A stretch of 64,000 nucleotides of DNA. It comes from Tubulanus polymorphus (lineage: Eukaryota > Animalia > Nemertea). Position numbers and translations under genes: made by a program. Below the pieces are notes generated by a model. That model saw only the letters and a list, made by a program, of their open reading frames with translations, had not been told where the DNA came from and did not search any database. Positions within the stretch are counted from its first letter, which is position 1, and each line of letters starts with the position of its first letter. Positions 24,481-36,351 of the stretch are shown here, piece after piece. Location of the stretch: contig NC_134029.1 in the NCBI RefSeq assembly GCF_964204645.1, positions 18,470,950 to 18,534,949 of the forward strand, read 5' to 3'.

Positions 24481-25472
24481 CTGAGCGCAGCACTGCGACT
24501 AGTGACTGATCACCTGCAATCCTATAGATCCGTCGCGTCGTAGGGTGATCTTAGCGCCCCTATCAGCATCCCAACATTGGACCTATATTTCGATACCGGG
24601 CTAATGGGACCTCCGTGATTTTACGCATCCCCAAAATCCTCAATCCTCATTTTTTTCGTGGGCGGTTTGTACCGGTGGCCTTATCTTCCCGAGGTCATCG
24701 GTACTAGAAGTACGTATATAACAGCCCCCATTTCTGACACATAGGAAAACATCAACCGGAACGTGTCTGAGATCTTGTTCTCAGATGTTGGTGATTCCGG
24801 GCTGTGTAGTTGTTGTGAAAATTCCGCGCATTCTTGTAGCAAACATAAAGCGACTACATGTTGCATATGCATCGTGTGCTTATATTTATATATCTATAGA
24901 TGCATGTAGTATATATAAGAGGTGAACAAAACCTACGTTTATCTGCAAGAACTTTGAAAAAATGCCCTGATTTTATGCAGTTCACAGAATCTTCAATATT
25001 ATGTGACCTGCTTTTTAAATTTTGGATCTATTTACAAGATAATTTGAGTTGAGGGGTATTTCAGTTGGATCTAGGCTAGAATGCCCTAAACTTCGTCGGG
25101 GTAGTTTCACAATAAGATCCCGAATTTCAATTTCCGTCGCCATTCCTGTTTGTCTCCGGACTTTTGAAAGGAATTTTAAGGCGGGCGCTGGTCGACACAC
25201 GACTGCTGACGACACCAGAGGTTGCAACTGGCCACGAATACCGGGGTATTTACGTCAACTGCAATGCAATGGTGTAACAACCGGAGTCAGTCGCAAGACG
25301 GTTCATGTCAATTATGGCTGGGAGAGACGGTCGGTCGGTAGTGTCGCTTACCTTTTGAGACATATATATTTCTAATTCGAATGGAAATTTTTTATCTGGT
25401 ATCTATTTTTTCTTGTTCATAATGTGAAATGTGGTGAGTATTTTTATAGTTCTGCACTATGTAAGCGAATGA

Positions 25473-25525
25473 ATTATTATTTTTATTATTATTATTATTA
25501 CTATTATTATCATTATTATTATTAT
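25473..25525. repeat. Imperfect (ATT)n microsatellite
   Basis: Directly visible. Confidence 0.9.
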
Positions 25526-27599
25526 GCATTCCGAAAGTAGTACTTCAAAAATGTCCAAATTTAGCCATGTACGTACCACTTCAGACAGGATTATTTTTAA
25601 CGCCTGTTTCGCTACCAGCAGGTATAGTGGGTTCGTAACATACAGATCAAATCAAAATTAATCAAACAAATGTGTAAGAGGGACAATCCCAATTTTAAGT
25701 TTAAAAAAAATTAAGATATAATGTTACTTTAGAAATAGGCATTGAAATGTGTACATATTTCAGATTCTATCCACGTATGGCATCATCTTCAAAATATTTT
25801 CAAACACTACTTTGCATTGCCTGGTAGAGCTATATACCTCTATTGCTCACACCCCTCGGTTCATTTCGATAACCACAAATATGTACGTCGATTTTAACGC
25901 CTATGACAGTTTGACAAATTTTCAAGAGCGACTCTTTTACATAACGAGTTCAGTAATTTCAATGGCATTTTATTATATACATATAAGTCTATACCGCACG
26001 AGAGCGTTGACAAAAGGCTTTACATACTTTGAAATCAGTAGGCCATTAATGAACGTCTAATCTTATCTATAGCTTCATAGTCAAGTTTTCTGTGTTTCTC
26101 GGCGTTAAATGTTTTCGTACGAGCGGAAGAATGTTTAGATTTTGTTCATTTCGTACGTTGTTTTCTCATTGTTAAAGACGAGTTTTACAACTTCCAACAC
26201 GAACAGGTTCGTATAGTTCGTTGTAGTCGAATTCATTTTTTCTGCTGGATATTAGACAGAGAATAATCGATCGCTTATAACAGACAGGTAGGGATAAGTT
26301 TTATATGACGTTGTCAGTACTCTCAATATGCTGGAATTTTTTTATCTTAAAATATGGATTGTCCCCATTATTTATTTATTTGGCCAGTAAATTTCGTTTG
26401 ATTTTTCGATTGAGTGTCCCTTACAGACCCACCACACCTGCCGGGAGCGAAACAGGGGGTTTGATTTTGAAATCGGAAATCGAAGTACAGATATAGATGT
26501 GTGATCGGCGGTCGAGTTAAGAGAATATTTTTAAATTTTTTAAAGAGGCTGCATCTGTTGTTAAGTGTATGACATCGTGGCTGCTGAAGTAGTAAGGTTT
26601 TCGATCCCCCCAAAAATACAGAAGCTTAATATTGCTTAATTTTGGTGTAATCTACTATTTTACATATCTGCTCAATACATTTTCAAAGCAATTTTCAACA
26701 TTGATAGAATATTGACATCCACTCTGGTAAGGGCAGAAGATATTTTACAAAGGGGTGGGTGATATTCAGAAGGGTGGATGTAAAAATGAAAGGTGTGGCT
26801 GCCCCTCTAAAACCTGTTGTGGAGATCACTGGTTGACCGTGATTTAGATGTGTTACCCTGATAGATGGATAATTAAAGTATAGCTTTATCATTTGTTCTC
26901 ATTTTTAAAGTTTTTCTTATTCCACCTTATGGTTATGATACAATGCAACTGACAGGACATTTCTGGAACTATATCTGTACTTCGATTTTCGATTTCAAAT
27001 TAGAATGCCCGTTCTGGTCCCAGAATTATAGCTGATAAAAGTTGACATTTTAATGTGAATTTCGGATTTCTCTTAAAACTTTACTCGTTTTCAACAGAAG
27101 AAGGGCGGAACAATACGATGATAACGTATAACTGCGAAACGTTCTCGGCATATTTTGTAACGGTATATTTTCATCAGAAAAAAATACGCTCACATTTTTA
27201 ATGGTGTTATTGAAAGAAAATTCTTTCCTTGAATAAAATGCTATTCATTCCATTGGATATTTTTTTTTGCCGTGAAGAAGAATTTCCCGTCGATTCGGTA
27301 TTGCCAAATTTGGTTTCTTTAAGCTTTCTTGTTATTGCGTCAAATATTTGCTCGACCATCTTAGATTGGCAATTTGGAGAATATTTTGTCGATATCGGTA
27401 GACTATATTTTCTGACAGACTTAAGCCAAATAAAGCATATCACCGGTAGTAGTGGTACAAAACCTTCAATGAAGTTTTGAGGCATATTCTTAACTTCCGA
27501 GTACAATCTTCAAGAAAACTAACTTGAAAGTTTATTGACGCCTTGAAGAAAGATAACTGATATATATTTCCTAATATAGTCGAATGAATTATACATAAA

Positions 27600-27910
27600 T
27601 GGTATGATATCAAGGATCAATAAAGTTACTTTGAATTTGAGTATGTCAATAATTGAATTGAATTGACTGGCAGCCAGTCTAGCTCCATTATAACGATCAC
27701 GTAGTGTACATCCTCTCAAAAATAATTATCCAAATCTATCAAAAATGATATAAGAAATATGGAATATATCTAATTACAAAAAACACCAAAATTCACAATT
27801 CTAACTGTAATTTTCAAATGCTGATATTGATGACGTAGTGCGCACACAGAACCCCTTTAATAATGCATACTAGGTATCAATGTATATCAACATTATTGTA
27901 ACGGTTTTTA
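27600..27910. repeat. Second copy of the 20240-20570 repeat
   Basis: Shared AATTGAATTGAAT.GACTGGCA.CCAGTCTA, CATCCTCTCAAAAATAATTAT and ATTGATGACGTAGTGC...CACAGAACCCCTT. Confidence 0.75.
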
Positions 27911-29247
27911 TGGTGTCTGTGATAATCTAATACATGCAGTTCTCTTTTCAATACATCAAAACTCTGATCTAATCTTTTTCGAGGGAATATTCTGGCCCAT
28001 AATTTTTTTTTGCGGAGTTGTTTTGAGTAAACTTAGATTTACGGTATTCACTCTGAAGTACTAGTTGGTTCAAGAATCATGACTTAGTCAATATTGGGAC
28101 TGAGTGTTATATTTCTCCACGGTAAATAAGTATGGTCATACGAACTGTACGACTTTATTGTATAAAACCAGTCACAAAAGTATTGGCACCACTGTTTTGA
28201 TATTGATGTTTAATTGGGTTCAGACCGCGGTCTTTCTCTCGAGATCAATAAAATAACATTTATTCAGATAATTTCACAGGTATTTCAGTACATTTTTCAG
28301 TCTTTTCAGCTCATAATGAGTGAACTCTTTTGGGATATACAAAGGGGTCTCCAATAATTGCACTACCCTGATAATGGGTTAATGGCACACCACCAGATGG
28401 CATGAATAACAGTCAGTTTTATTGTTTTTAGATGCTTTTATTTTCTGTTTTTTTTTGTAAATAATTGTAAATACGCTTTTTCCTCCATATACCATGGAAA
28501 TGGTTGGAGTGTAAATAAAGTTGTAATTCATAATTTATAAATATTTATAAACAACATAAATTTTTCCTTCCACATTCCATGCAAATGGTTGGAGAGTAAT
28601 GAAATTATCTTATCTTTATGTACTGGTAGTCAAATTTCATTCAATCAACCTTAATGGGCTTTTAGGCTACTAAATCTAAATATTATCGTCAAAAATTATA
28701 AATCCAAAAAGTTATGAAATCGACTTTTCTAGCTGGATTTCGGCGCAGGTTTTGTTGTATTTCTATCTATTCATTACCTAAAACTTAAAAGAGTTTAAGC
28801 CGTAGAAGTGATTGTTAGAAGAGTTTGAGTTAGAATTTTTAATTGGAAGTGTAGAAGGAGTGAAGCTTGGAAAAGACGAATAACTATTCAAGCGTACCTA
28901 GCGGTTTCTCTCGGAATCATTCATTGCCGCAGCACCCTCGTACTGCTGCTAGTACCCCATTTCTTTGTAACTACTCTAATAATTGCACTACTCTCCTCAC
29001 ACTACTATATACTCGCTCTACTCTAATTGCGCTACTCTACTTACCAAATGCGAGATAAGGAAAACGATGGATCACAAACCTCTTCGAAATGGGAGAATAA
29101 TTAGACAAATCAAACATGTAAAATAACAAAATAACAATTTCGAAGGCATGTCGATTGCCTTGTACTTCATCTTACACTAGAGTTTATTGACTACTAGGAT
29201 TGATACATTTTTTGCTCCACCGATATTTGATATTGTTCTTCAGGGCT

Positions 29248-29379
29248 CCCTCATTCACCTGATGAAGCTTCTATACATTAGTAGCGAAAGCTCGTGCGTC
29301 AAATAAATAGTCAACCTATATAGTATCACTTGTCTCGTTACTTATTTTAAACCAGGTTAGCACGGCTACTCTACAAATA
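29248..29379 (+). mobile_element. Short Penelope-like terminal fragment with a 12-bp flanking direct repeat
   Basis: TTCTTCAGGGCT at 29236-29247 and 29380-29391 flanks a hammerhead motif followed by AATAAA. Confidence 0.65.
29256..29296 (+). ncRNA. Minimal type I hammerhead ribozyme
   Basis: CAC CTGATGA A GCTTCT-atacatt-AGTAGC GAAA GC TC GTG: intact core, helix I CAC/GTG, palindromic helix III AGCT. Confidence 0.75.
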
Positions 29380-30881
29380 TTCTTCAGGGCTGTAACCCCC
29401 AGCTCCGCTCATTTTTATTTCAAAGGAAATATTAAGTAGAAACATTTCGCTTACATCTACAACATAATTCATGTATATAGAATTTGTTCATATTTATTAG
29501 ACCTTCGTATCTCGAGGGAAATCAGAGGCCATATCTGGGCATCACATTTGGGCCAGGGCCCCAGACCCATGGTCGGTTCCAACAGAATTAAAATGAACCC
29601 ACCCCCGTGTATTCCTCATGCTGCGGGCCTGGTTCATCAAACGACAACTTTATCTCATTGAAATGTGTTTTGGGAAAATTAGTTTGTATTCCTCTCTTGT
29701 TATTCACCCTTGTTATTGTCGTCATGATACATAAATTGAAGTTTTAACATGAAAAACATAGCTTTGCAGGCGATCCGGCTGAAACTGTAATGTTGAAAGT
29801 TGAAAGAGGCACTCAATGAAAAGTGCAAGCAGTATCATGAAAAAGTTTATAGTCAAAGTTTTCAAAGCTGGGACGATCATTATGTTGACGACTTACGCTT
29901 AGTAATTTAATTTGAAATACAAATCATGATTAAACCGAGTTCAACCTTTCTTACCTTTTAACACATTGCTACGCGGAATTTCGGAAGTGGTACCATCTTT
30001 TTTGTAAATCTTTTAAGATATTTCTCATAAGACACTGTATAAAATGAAATTACCAATGTAGGAACTAAACTGAAAATTTGTCAATTCGATTCTCGTCAAT
30101 CAACTTGAAATGTTCTTTGAAGAAATGAATTAAGAGCAACATACAGGTCTGTTACCCAGGGGGCTTGTCTCAGGGGTTAACCCAATTCATGACCACTGGG
30201 TTATAATACCAACCAGAATTTTCTATCGAACGCCAGTTCTTTATTGCGAAATACAAAATCGACATTTTTAAGCAAAAATTGAACAACAAAATGATCCAGG
30301 TATAACATTTTAAATTGAATCTATTTTTCCTAGTATTATTAAGTTCAGTGACTGAGACCTTGGCCTACTAGTCTGTAGCGGTCGACAAAAAGGGAATCGA
30401 CAGATCACTAAAATCTAGTTTATGAAGTATTTTAGAGATGTAGTTATAGCTGGCAGTTTACTCCGAACATATATTCAAAACAGCTGGATTTTCAGAGAGT
30501 TTTCAGTGAACGCGGCATGGATCAGATTTCTACAGACCGCAGATGGATTCGAACCGTGATTCACCGTGTTTAAATTAGGGATATAGGGATGTAGGTCTGC
30601 GGTTAGTCACAGGTGTCTGGAGTACGGGATGGTGTGTGTGTTTTTTTTTTCAGTAGTAAGATCTCCAACCACTTCAATGTTATCGTTGGGTACTTGTTCT
30701 GTAGCTTCAATGTAAACACGATTGTGGTTGCACCTGTAATCATTATCTTCGGCTCAAGTGGGTGTTCTATCACTTCGCGCTTACACGTGTACATGCTCAT
30801 CGTTTTGATGACAGGATCATAAAAAAGTGATTCTTTTTTTAAAGTAAAAACTACTAACTAAAATGTATTATTACGAAAATC

Positions 30882-31301
30882 CCGCAATAAAGAAAAAAAA
30901 GGTCCGAAAATGTTTCCTTGAGCTAATGTAGTTTATTCAACGTTTCGACTATGTGCAGTTAGCTCAGTTGGTTAAATGGAGGACTGGGAACCAAGAGGTA
31001 CCTGGTTCAAAACCACCTCTGGCGTCGGTTGTCGAGACACATACATGGACTAAGCACTGCTAACCTAGTAAGGTTGTGAGCCATAACAACCTATTAAAAG
31101 GCCGTCTCTTAAAATCCGCTAGGGTGACACTGTTACTTGCAGTGGGACGTAAAACTCTTCTAAACTAAACTAATATTGTAATAGTCATCTTCAGGAATTC
31201 TGTATTCCTTTAGTATTCCTGAAGAGGACTATTAGAATATAGTCAAATTGAATATACTACATTAACTCAAGGAAATATTTTCGGACTTTTTCTTATTGCG
31301 G
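30882..31301. mobile_element. Old foldback Penelope-like terminal repeat pair, interrupted by a SINE
   Basis: 30882-30952 plus 31174-31198 is the reverse complement of 31215-31301; contains CTGAAGA-GACTAT..ATAGTC-GAAACGTT on the - strand once the SINE is removed. Confidence 0.7.
30953..31173 (+). mobile_element. tRNA-derived SINE
   Basis: A box TAGCTCAGTTGG, B box GGTTCAAAACC, non-tRNA body and (AAACT)n tail; splits one arm of an inverted repeat. Confidence 0.8.
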
Positions 31302-31628
31302 CTTATTGTTATGTATGTGTTGTATTATATTTTTGTGATATTATTGTCATAACACTGATATAGTGTCTCTTTAATGGTTATAACTAAATGTATATACGAT
31401 TGACTAAAGAGGTTATGAAAGTTTAATTTTCATTCTCGGTCCACCAAAATCTGCATATATGTTCAGTGATCGCGATTTGTTTGGTCAGAAAATGAAGTTG
31501 CATCATAAAACGTTACTTAATTTTAGTGGCGGCAAATAAGCATATTTTTCATGCTGCTTTGTGAAATCATGAATGGAGTCACCTAGGGATCCTCTTGAGG
31601 GCGTCAAACAAACACTGCAAGAGTATTA

Positions 31629-31896
31629 AGCCGCGATCACACAGAGACGATTTGGCACCAACCAGGCTTGGGGGGTGGGGGGGCCAAATTTGGCCTGTGC
31701 CTAATTAGAGAGCGCGTTCACACGCAAACCATTCTCTGGATACTCAATAATGCTCAAACAAAGCAAAGTGGATCATTTCTGGTGCCAGTTGCAATTCAAA
31801 CGTAATCATTTGTCTGGTGCTAAAATTAGACTCGGGCCTATTTGGCACCCGTGTGAACAGTTGTTCCGGGCCAAAAATGCACGTGTGATCGCGGCT
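31629..31896 (+). mobile_element. PIF/Harbinger-type MITE, family A
   Basis: TTA|AGCCGCGATCACAC ... GTGTGATCGCGGCT|TTA; internal CTAATTAGAGAGCGC. Confidence 0.88.
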
Positions 31897-31997
31897 TTAA
31901 TCAATCAATCTTAGGAAGAGAGTTCAAATATCCGAATAACCATAGAAGCGATAACATTAAAAACCTCATTTTCTAATGAGTAAAAACAGTTTATTAA

Positions 31998-32034
31998 CAC
32001 GAACGTTTTCGGGATCATATCCCCTCATCAGGTG
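31998..32034 (-). ncRNA. Minimal type I hammerhead ribozyme (inverted copy)
   Basis: Exact reverse complement of 32932-32968. Confidence 0.8.
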
Positions 32035-32173
32035 AAATACAAGTGAATCAAATGATTAAACTACTGGTTTATATACAACATAAGTTACAAAATTACAAGT
32101 GCTAAATTCTAAGCTAATTACAAACCAAGTATTTAATTACAAACTAATTATTTGAATACATTTAGGATAAAGG

Positions 32174-32818
32174 ATGAGCCGTTTTGAAATAATTGTTGAT
32201 TTAAAGAGGGTTAAATCTGTTAAATCTGTTCTGTTTAAATCTAATGCGTTTCCTATTCATGTCATCGATCAATGTATTAATAGATTTTTGAAATCAAAAC
32301 AGAACTCAGAACCTCAACCGAAACCTGTTGAAGATGGAATTGATCTATTCATTTCATTACCGTATATTGGTAACCCGTCAATCCTATTTGCCCGAAAATT
32401 AAAATATCTATTTAAAAGGAATTTTGAAATCAACTTGAAATGTGCATTCACTACGACCAAAATTAAGAATTTTTTCTCTTTGAAATGTGCTACCCCTAAA
32501 TCGCTGAAGGCTAAAGTCATATATAAATTTAATTGTTTATGTGATATAAACACTTCCTATATTGGGAAAACTAAACGACATTTGGCCATCAGGAGTAAGG
32601 AACACAGATCAAAGACTTCTGCGATTGGACAACATCTCGCAATTTGTCACACTTGGGATCAGGAATTCAGTAACAACAAATTCAAAATTCTAGACAAAGG
32701 TTCATCTGATCTCGACTGTAAAATTAGGGAGGCCCTGTTTATTAAAGCGCAACGACCCTCTTTAAATCAACAATTATTTCAAAACGGCTCATCCTTTATC
32801 CTAAATGTATTCAAATAA
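32174..32818 (+). CDS. Penelope-type GIY-YIG endonuclease ORF (C-terminal part of the element's RT-EN protein)
   Basis: SLPYIG, VIYKFNCLCDINTSYIGKTKRHLAIRSKEH, SAIGQHL, REALFIKAQRPSLNQQ. No RT domain; probably a non-functional fragment. Confidence 0.8.
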   Translation: MSRFEIIVDLKRVKSVKSVLFKSNAFPIHVIDQCINRFLKSKQNSEPQPKPVEDGIDLFISLPYIGNPSILFARKLKYLFKRNFEINLKCAFTTTKIKNFFSLKCATPKSLKAKVIYKFNCLCDINTSYIGKTKRHLAIRSKEHRSKTSAIGQHLAICHTWDQEFSNNKFKILDKGSSDLDCKIREALFIKAQRPSLNQQLFQNGSSFILNVFK

Positions 32819-32931
32819 TTAGTCTGTAATTAAATACTTGGTTTGTAATTAGCTTAGAATTTAGCACTTGTAATTTTGTAACTTATGTTGTATATAAACC
32901 TGTAGTTTAATCATTTGATTCACTTGTATTT

Positions 32932-32968
32932 CACCTGATGAGGGGATATGATCCCGAAAACGTTCGTG
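32932..32968 (+). ncRNA. Minimal type I hammerhead ribozyme
   Basis: CAC CTGATGA G GGGAT-atg-ATCCC GAAA ACGT TC GTG; palindromic helix III AACGTT. Confidence 0.82.
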
Positions 32969-33948
32969 TTAATAAACTGTTTTTACTCATTAGAAAATGA
33001 GGTTTTTAATGTTATCGCTTCTATGGTTATTAATCAATCAATACCTCAATTTTCTAATCATTGCATGATTGAAGTTTCATTTGTTTTTACGTGAATAATT
33101 GATACTATACCAAGTGCCAAATAGGCTGATATGTTTCTATAGATCTTGGGTATATTTGATCATTTTTTCGTATGTATATAACCGTGACCTGAAAAAGTTA
33201 CAAATTTTTAAGAAACTATCGCGAAACTGTGTCAAGAAACTTGAAGCACAAACAGCCTTTAGTTGTATGCGGGTGTATTATTACTTAAAAGGTGCAAATG
33301 ACTGTGATTATTTGTACGACAATACATTTCATTGTACAATGTTGAAGGTTGTCAATTACTACTAAATGATTTTTAATTTTCTTTAATTTTCGCACAGTTG
33401 AACTGAAAGTCCTACCGCAAGGCACAGATAATACGTTTTCATACTTGCGAAAAACGAATCGCCATTCGCTTTGTAAAACTAGATCTTGATTATTTGTTTG
33501 TAACGCTACAGTGACTCGGGATAATCCAAACCATGGCATATGCGGAATAAGAATTCACTCTCCCATTCCCCCTCTCTCTCCTTTTGCAACCGAATTCACT
33601 TTGGTTAGGGTTTTCTGATCATTTTACAGAAAACTCTATTGTTATTTCCTGGATTAATATTATTAAGTTCCACATTATTTTCGCTAAAAAGTGCTATAGT
33701 CTCTCGGTGTTTTTTGACGAATCGATATTATAAAAGCAATGTCGAGCCATAAACATCGTAGATTTGGGCGCACTGAATTTTACCACATTGTGGTGAAGTG
33801 TAGCTGTTATTGCTGTTATGGATAGATAGCAGCATTGATTTAATTCCAAATGTATGCAATCCAAATGTATATAATGGAACTGTTTCTGGTTGTGAGAACC
33901 CCAAATAGGGTTTACTTTAAAGGTGGTGTTATGTCTGCATCTGATAAA

Positions 33949-34218
33949 TGCCGTGATCACACGGAGACGATTTGGCCCAAGCTAAATTGGTACGTATCAA
34001 GCCCGAATAAAATTTAGCTCGTGCCTAATTAGAGAGCGCGCTCACACGTAAACCACCAACTCACAGTTGCAATAATTTGACCCGTGCGAAAATTTGGAAC
34101 GCGCCTGGCTGATGTTTTTGGTCAGGGCCAGACAGGCATGGGCCAAATTTGGCACCCGTGTGAAAAGTTGTTCTAGGCTTTATTTGGCCCGGGCCAAAAA
34201 TGCTCGTGTGATCACGGT
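33949..34218 (+). mobile_element. MITE family A copy
   Basis: GCCGTGATCACACG ... CGTGTGATCACGG; CTAATTAGAGAGCGC. Confidence 0.85.
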
Positions 34219-34900
34219 TTATGTTTACATCATCATTTTAGAGGCATTTCGTGCCAGATCTTTTGTGTCATGATTGTAAAAATGACGGCCCGCTATTATA
34301 ACCAATTACAAATACAACAGGGACTTCTACATGCGTGGCTGTTATCTTGATTATAATTATAATCAAGGAATTGCTCAATTTCAGTATTCGTTAATTAGGC
34401 GATTTCGAATTAGCCCACATAAATCTTACAATTTGTGAACCAATTAATATATCAGAACTTCTTAATTAACCAACAACGACAGTTTAGATAAAAACCATCC
34501 ACGCGTATAAAAATGGCGTGGTGTTATTGACCTCACCGAATGTGTCGGGTAGGTTTATTTTCCGGGGAAGTCGGCGGCAAGAATGTGTATTGCAAAACCC
34601 TGAGGCAACCCCTCGAAATTCCGCTTGGCTTCCACTGTTTTCTCTCATGCGTCGGATACGTCGCCCGAAGCGACGATGTTTACTGGGAAGTTTTCTGACA
34701 AACCTGTTAGTTTTCTTTCTATGAATCTTTCCGATTTTTCTGAGAGGTTGCTATCGGTATCCGGAGCATTCTACGAATACCGATTACTGTTGATTTATAG
34801 ATGTGTAGTGTATTCAGGGCACTAACAAGCCAGCTCAATGTGAAGAAAGACTGGTCTAGTAGCCCTTTAATTGAGGGCTTATTCAGAAGACTGGTCTTGT

Positions 34901-35175
34901 GCCGCAATCACACGAGCGTTTTGCCCCGTGCCAAATTTTGCTAAATGTGCCCGTGCCTGTTTGGCCTTGGACCAACTAAAAATGGACCAGGCCACAGCCT
35001 AGTTTTAGCGCGTTTTAGCACAAATTATTGCTTTCGAATTGGAACTGGTTCCAGAAATTATCCATTTCGCTTTGTTTAGGCATTGTTTAGTATCTTGCGC
35101 TCTCTAATTAGGCACGGGCCAAATTTGAATCAGGCTTGATCCATGCCAATTTGGCCCAGGCCAGTGATCGCTGCT
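34901..35175 (-). mobile_element. MITE family A copy (reverse)
   Basis: GCCGCAATCACACG ... GTGATCGCTGCT; GCGCTCTCTAATTAG. Confidence 0.8.
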
Positions 35176-36351
35176 TTGATTTCTGTTCGATTGGTTTACA
35201 CATAGGCCCAATGGTCTAAGCTTGCGGTCATGAATTAACATCTGGGTCTTAAGTAGTACATGTGTGACTAGTCTAAAAAATTAATGGTTTGGAATTGCAA
35301 GATAAGTTTTAAGTCGTTAGATTGGCAATGTAGAATGGTGTAAGACAAGTCTTATCTTAGGTTTTATTAGCTGTGGAACTGTGGAAATATCTTGAATCCT
35401 GATTAAAGATTTATAGCTTACAAAGTTCAAAATTAAGTTAAGAAGACAGTTGTATAACCATTTTCGGGAGTAAAGGTATGTCGAGCCTTAAGAGTTATGG
35501 TAATTTTATCAACTGATGTGAGGACAGTTAAAATGTAAAGGCCAATGACACAACTTCTGACCTGAATTGCGTGATATGTTGTCTGGAAGAAATGGCAATA
35601 TTTGAAACAAGAAACGGTCCCAGTCAACGGTGGATTGACCTAACTTCATCAGCCGTTCACTTAACTCAGCCGACCAATACTGCTATAATTCCATCCCTGA
35701 CCTATGATAAATGTTGCTGCATGAAACCTGAGCAAGTTAATAGGACGCTAGGTTATTTGAATCAGACGTTTTTCTGTCATCTGTTAATTTTTTGTCAAGA
35801 CGTTAGTAAAAGTAGGTGCCTACGTGACAGGTCGTAAAAAATGCCAAAAACTAGAAAACGAGATACGTTATCGTACAACGTATAGATATATCTATTTTTC
35901 AGGAATTTTTATTCGCTATTTATAACCGGTCGTTTTTCGTATTTCGTATCTTTCAGGTTTTCACGTACGACGCGTAGCTTCGATACACACACACACACAC
36001 GTACGTACGTACATCGGTACCGCGTAGTTCAACCAGCGTCGTGCGCGAGGAGCGAGAATTTCCTTCGTCCGTCATTCATTCGTAGCGCATGGCATAAACG
36101 GTTGCGGCAAGGTGGTCACGCGCGATAATGGGATTTACCTGCCGGCACGCTATTCTAAGTCGTTGAGTTTATCGCGCTGTCACCGCTAGCTACGGCTCAT
36201 AATGTGACCTCATTATGTCTTCATTGAAGAAATAATAATAAGCAGTACGACGGACCGTTTTATTTCATTACATCGGGAATAAATCGATCGATAATTTGTA
36301 TATGTTTTGCGCCGAACCACCGTTACGAGCAGATTCATCGCTTGGGGTGAC

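Larger units (their letters stand above)
31910..33029 (+). mobile_element. 5'-truncated Penelope-like retroelement with inverted terminal repeat
   Basis: 277-bp inverted repeats (31935-32211 and 32755-33031), GIY-YIG ORF, hammerhead motifs, TSD TTAATCAATCAAT (31897-31909 and 33030-33042). Confidence 0.92.

Noticed and set aside
30953-31025. Possible tRNA gene
   Set aside because: A and B boxes are present, but there is no convincing cloverleaf or acceptor stem, and it continues into a SINE body and tail.
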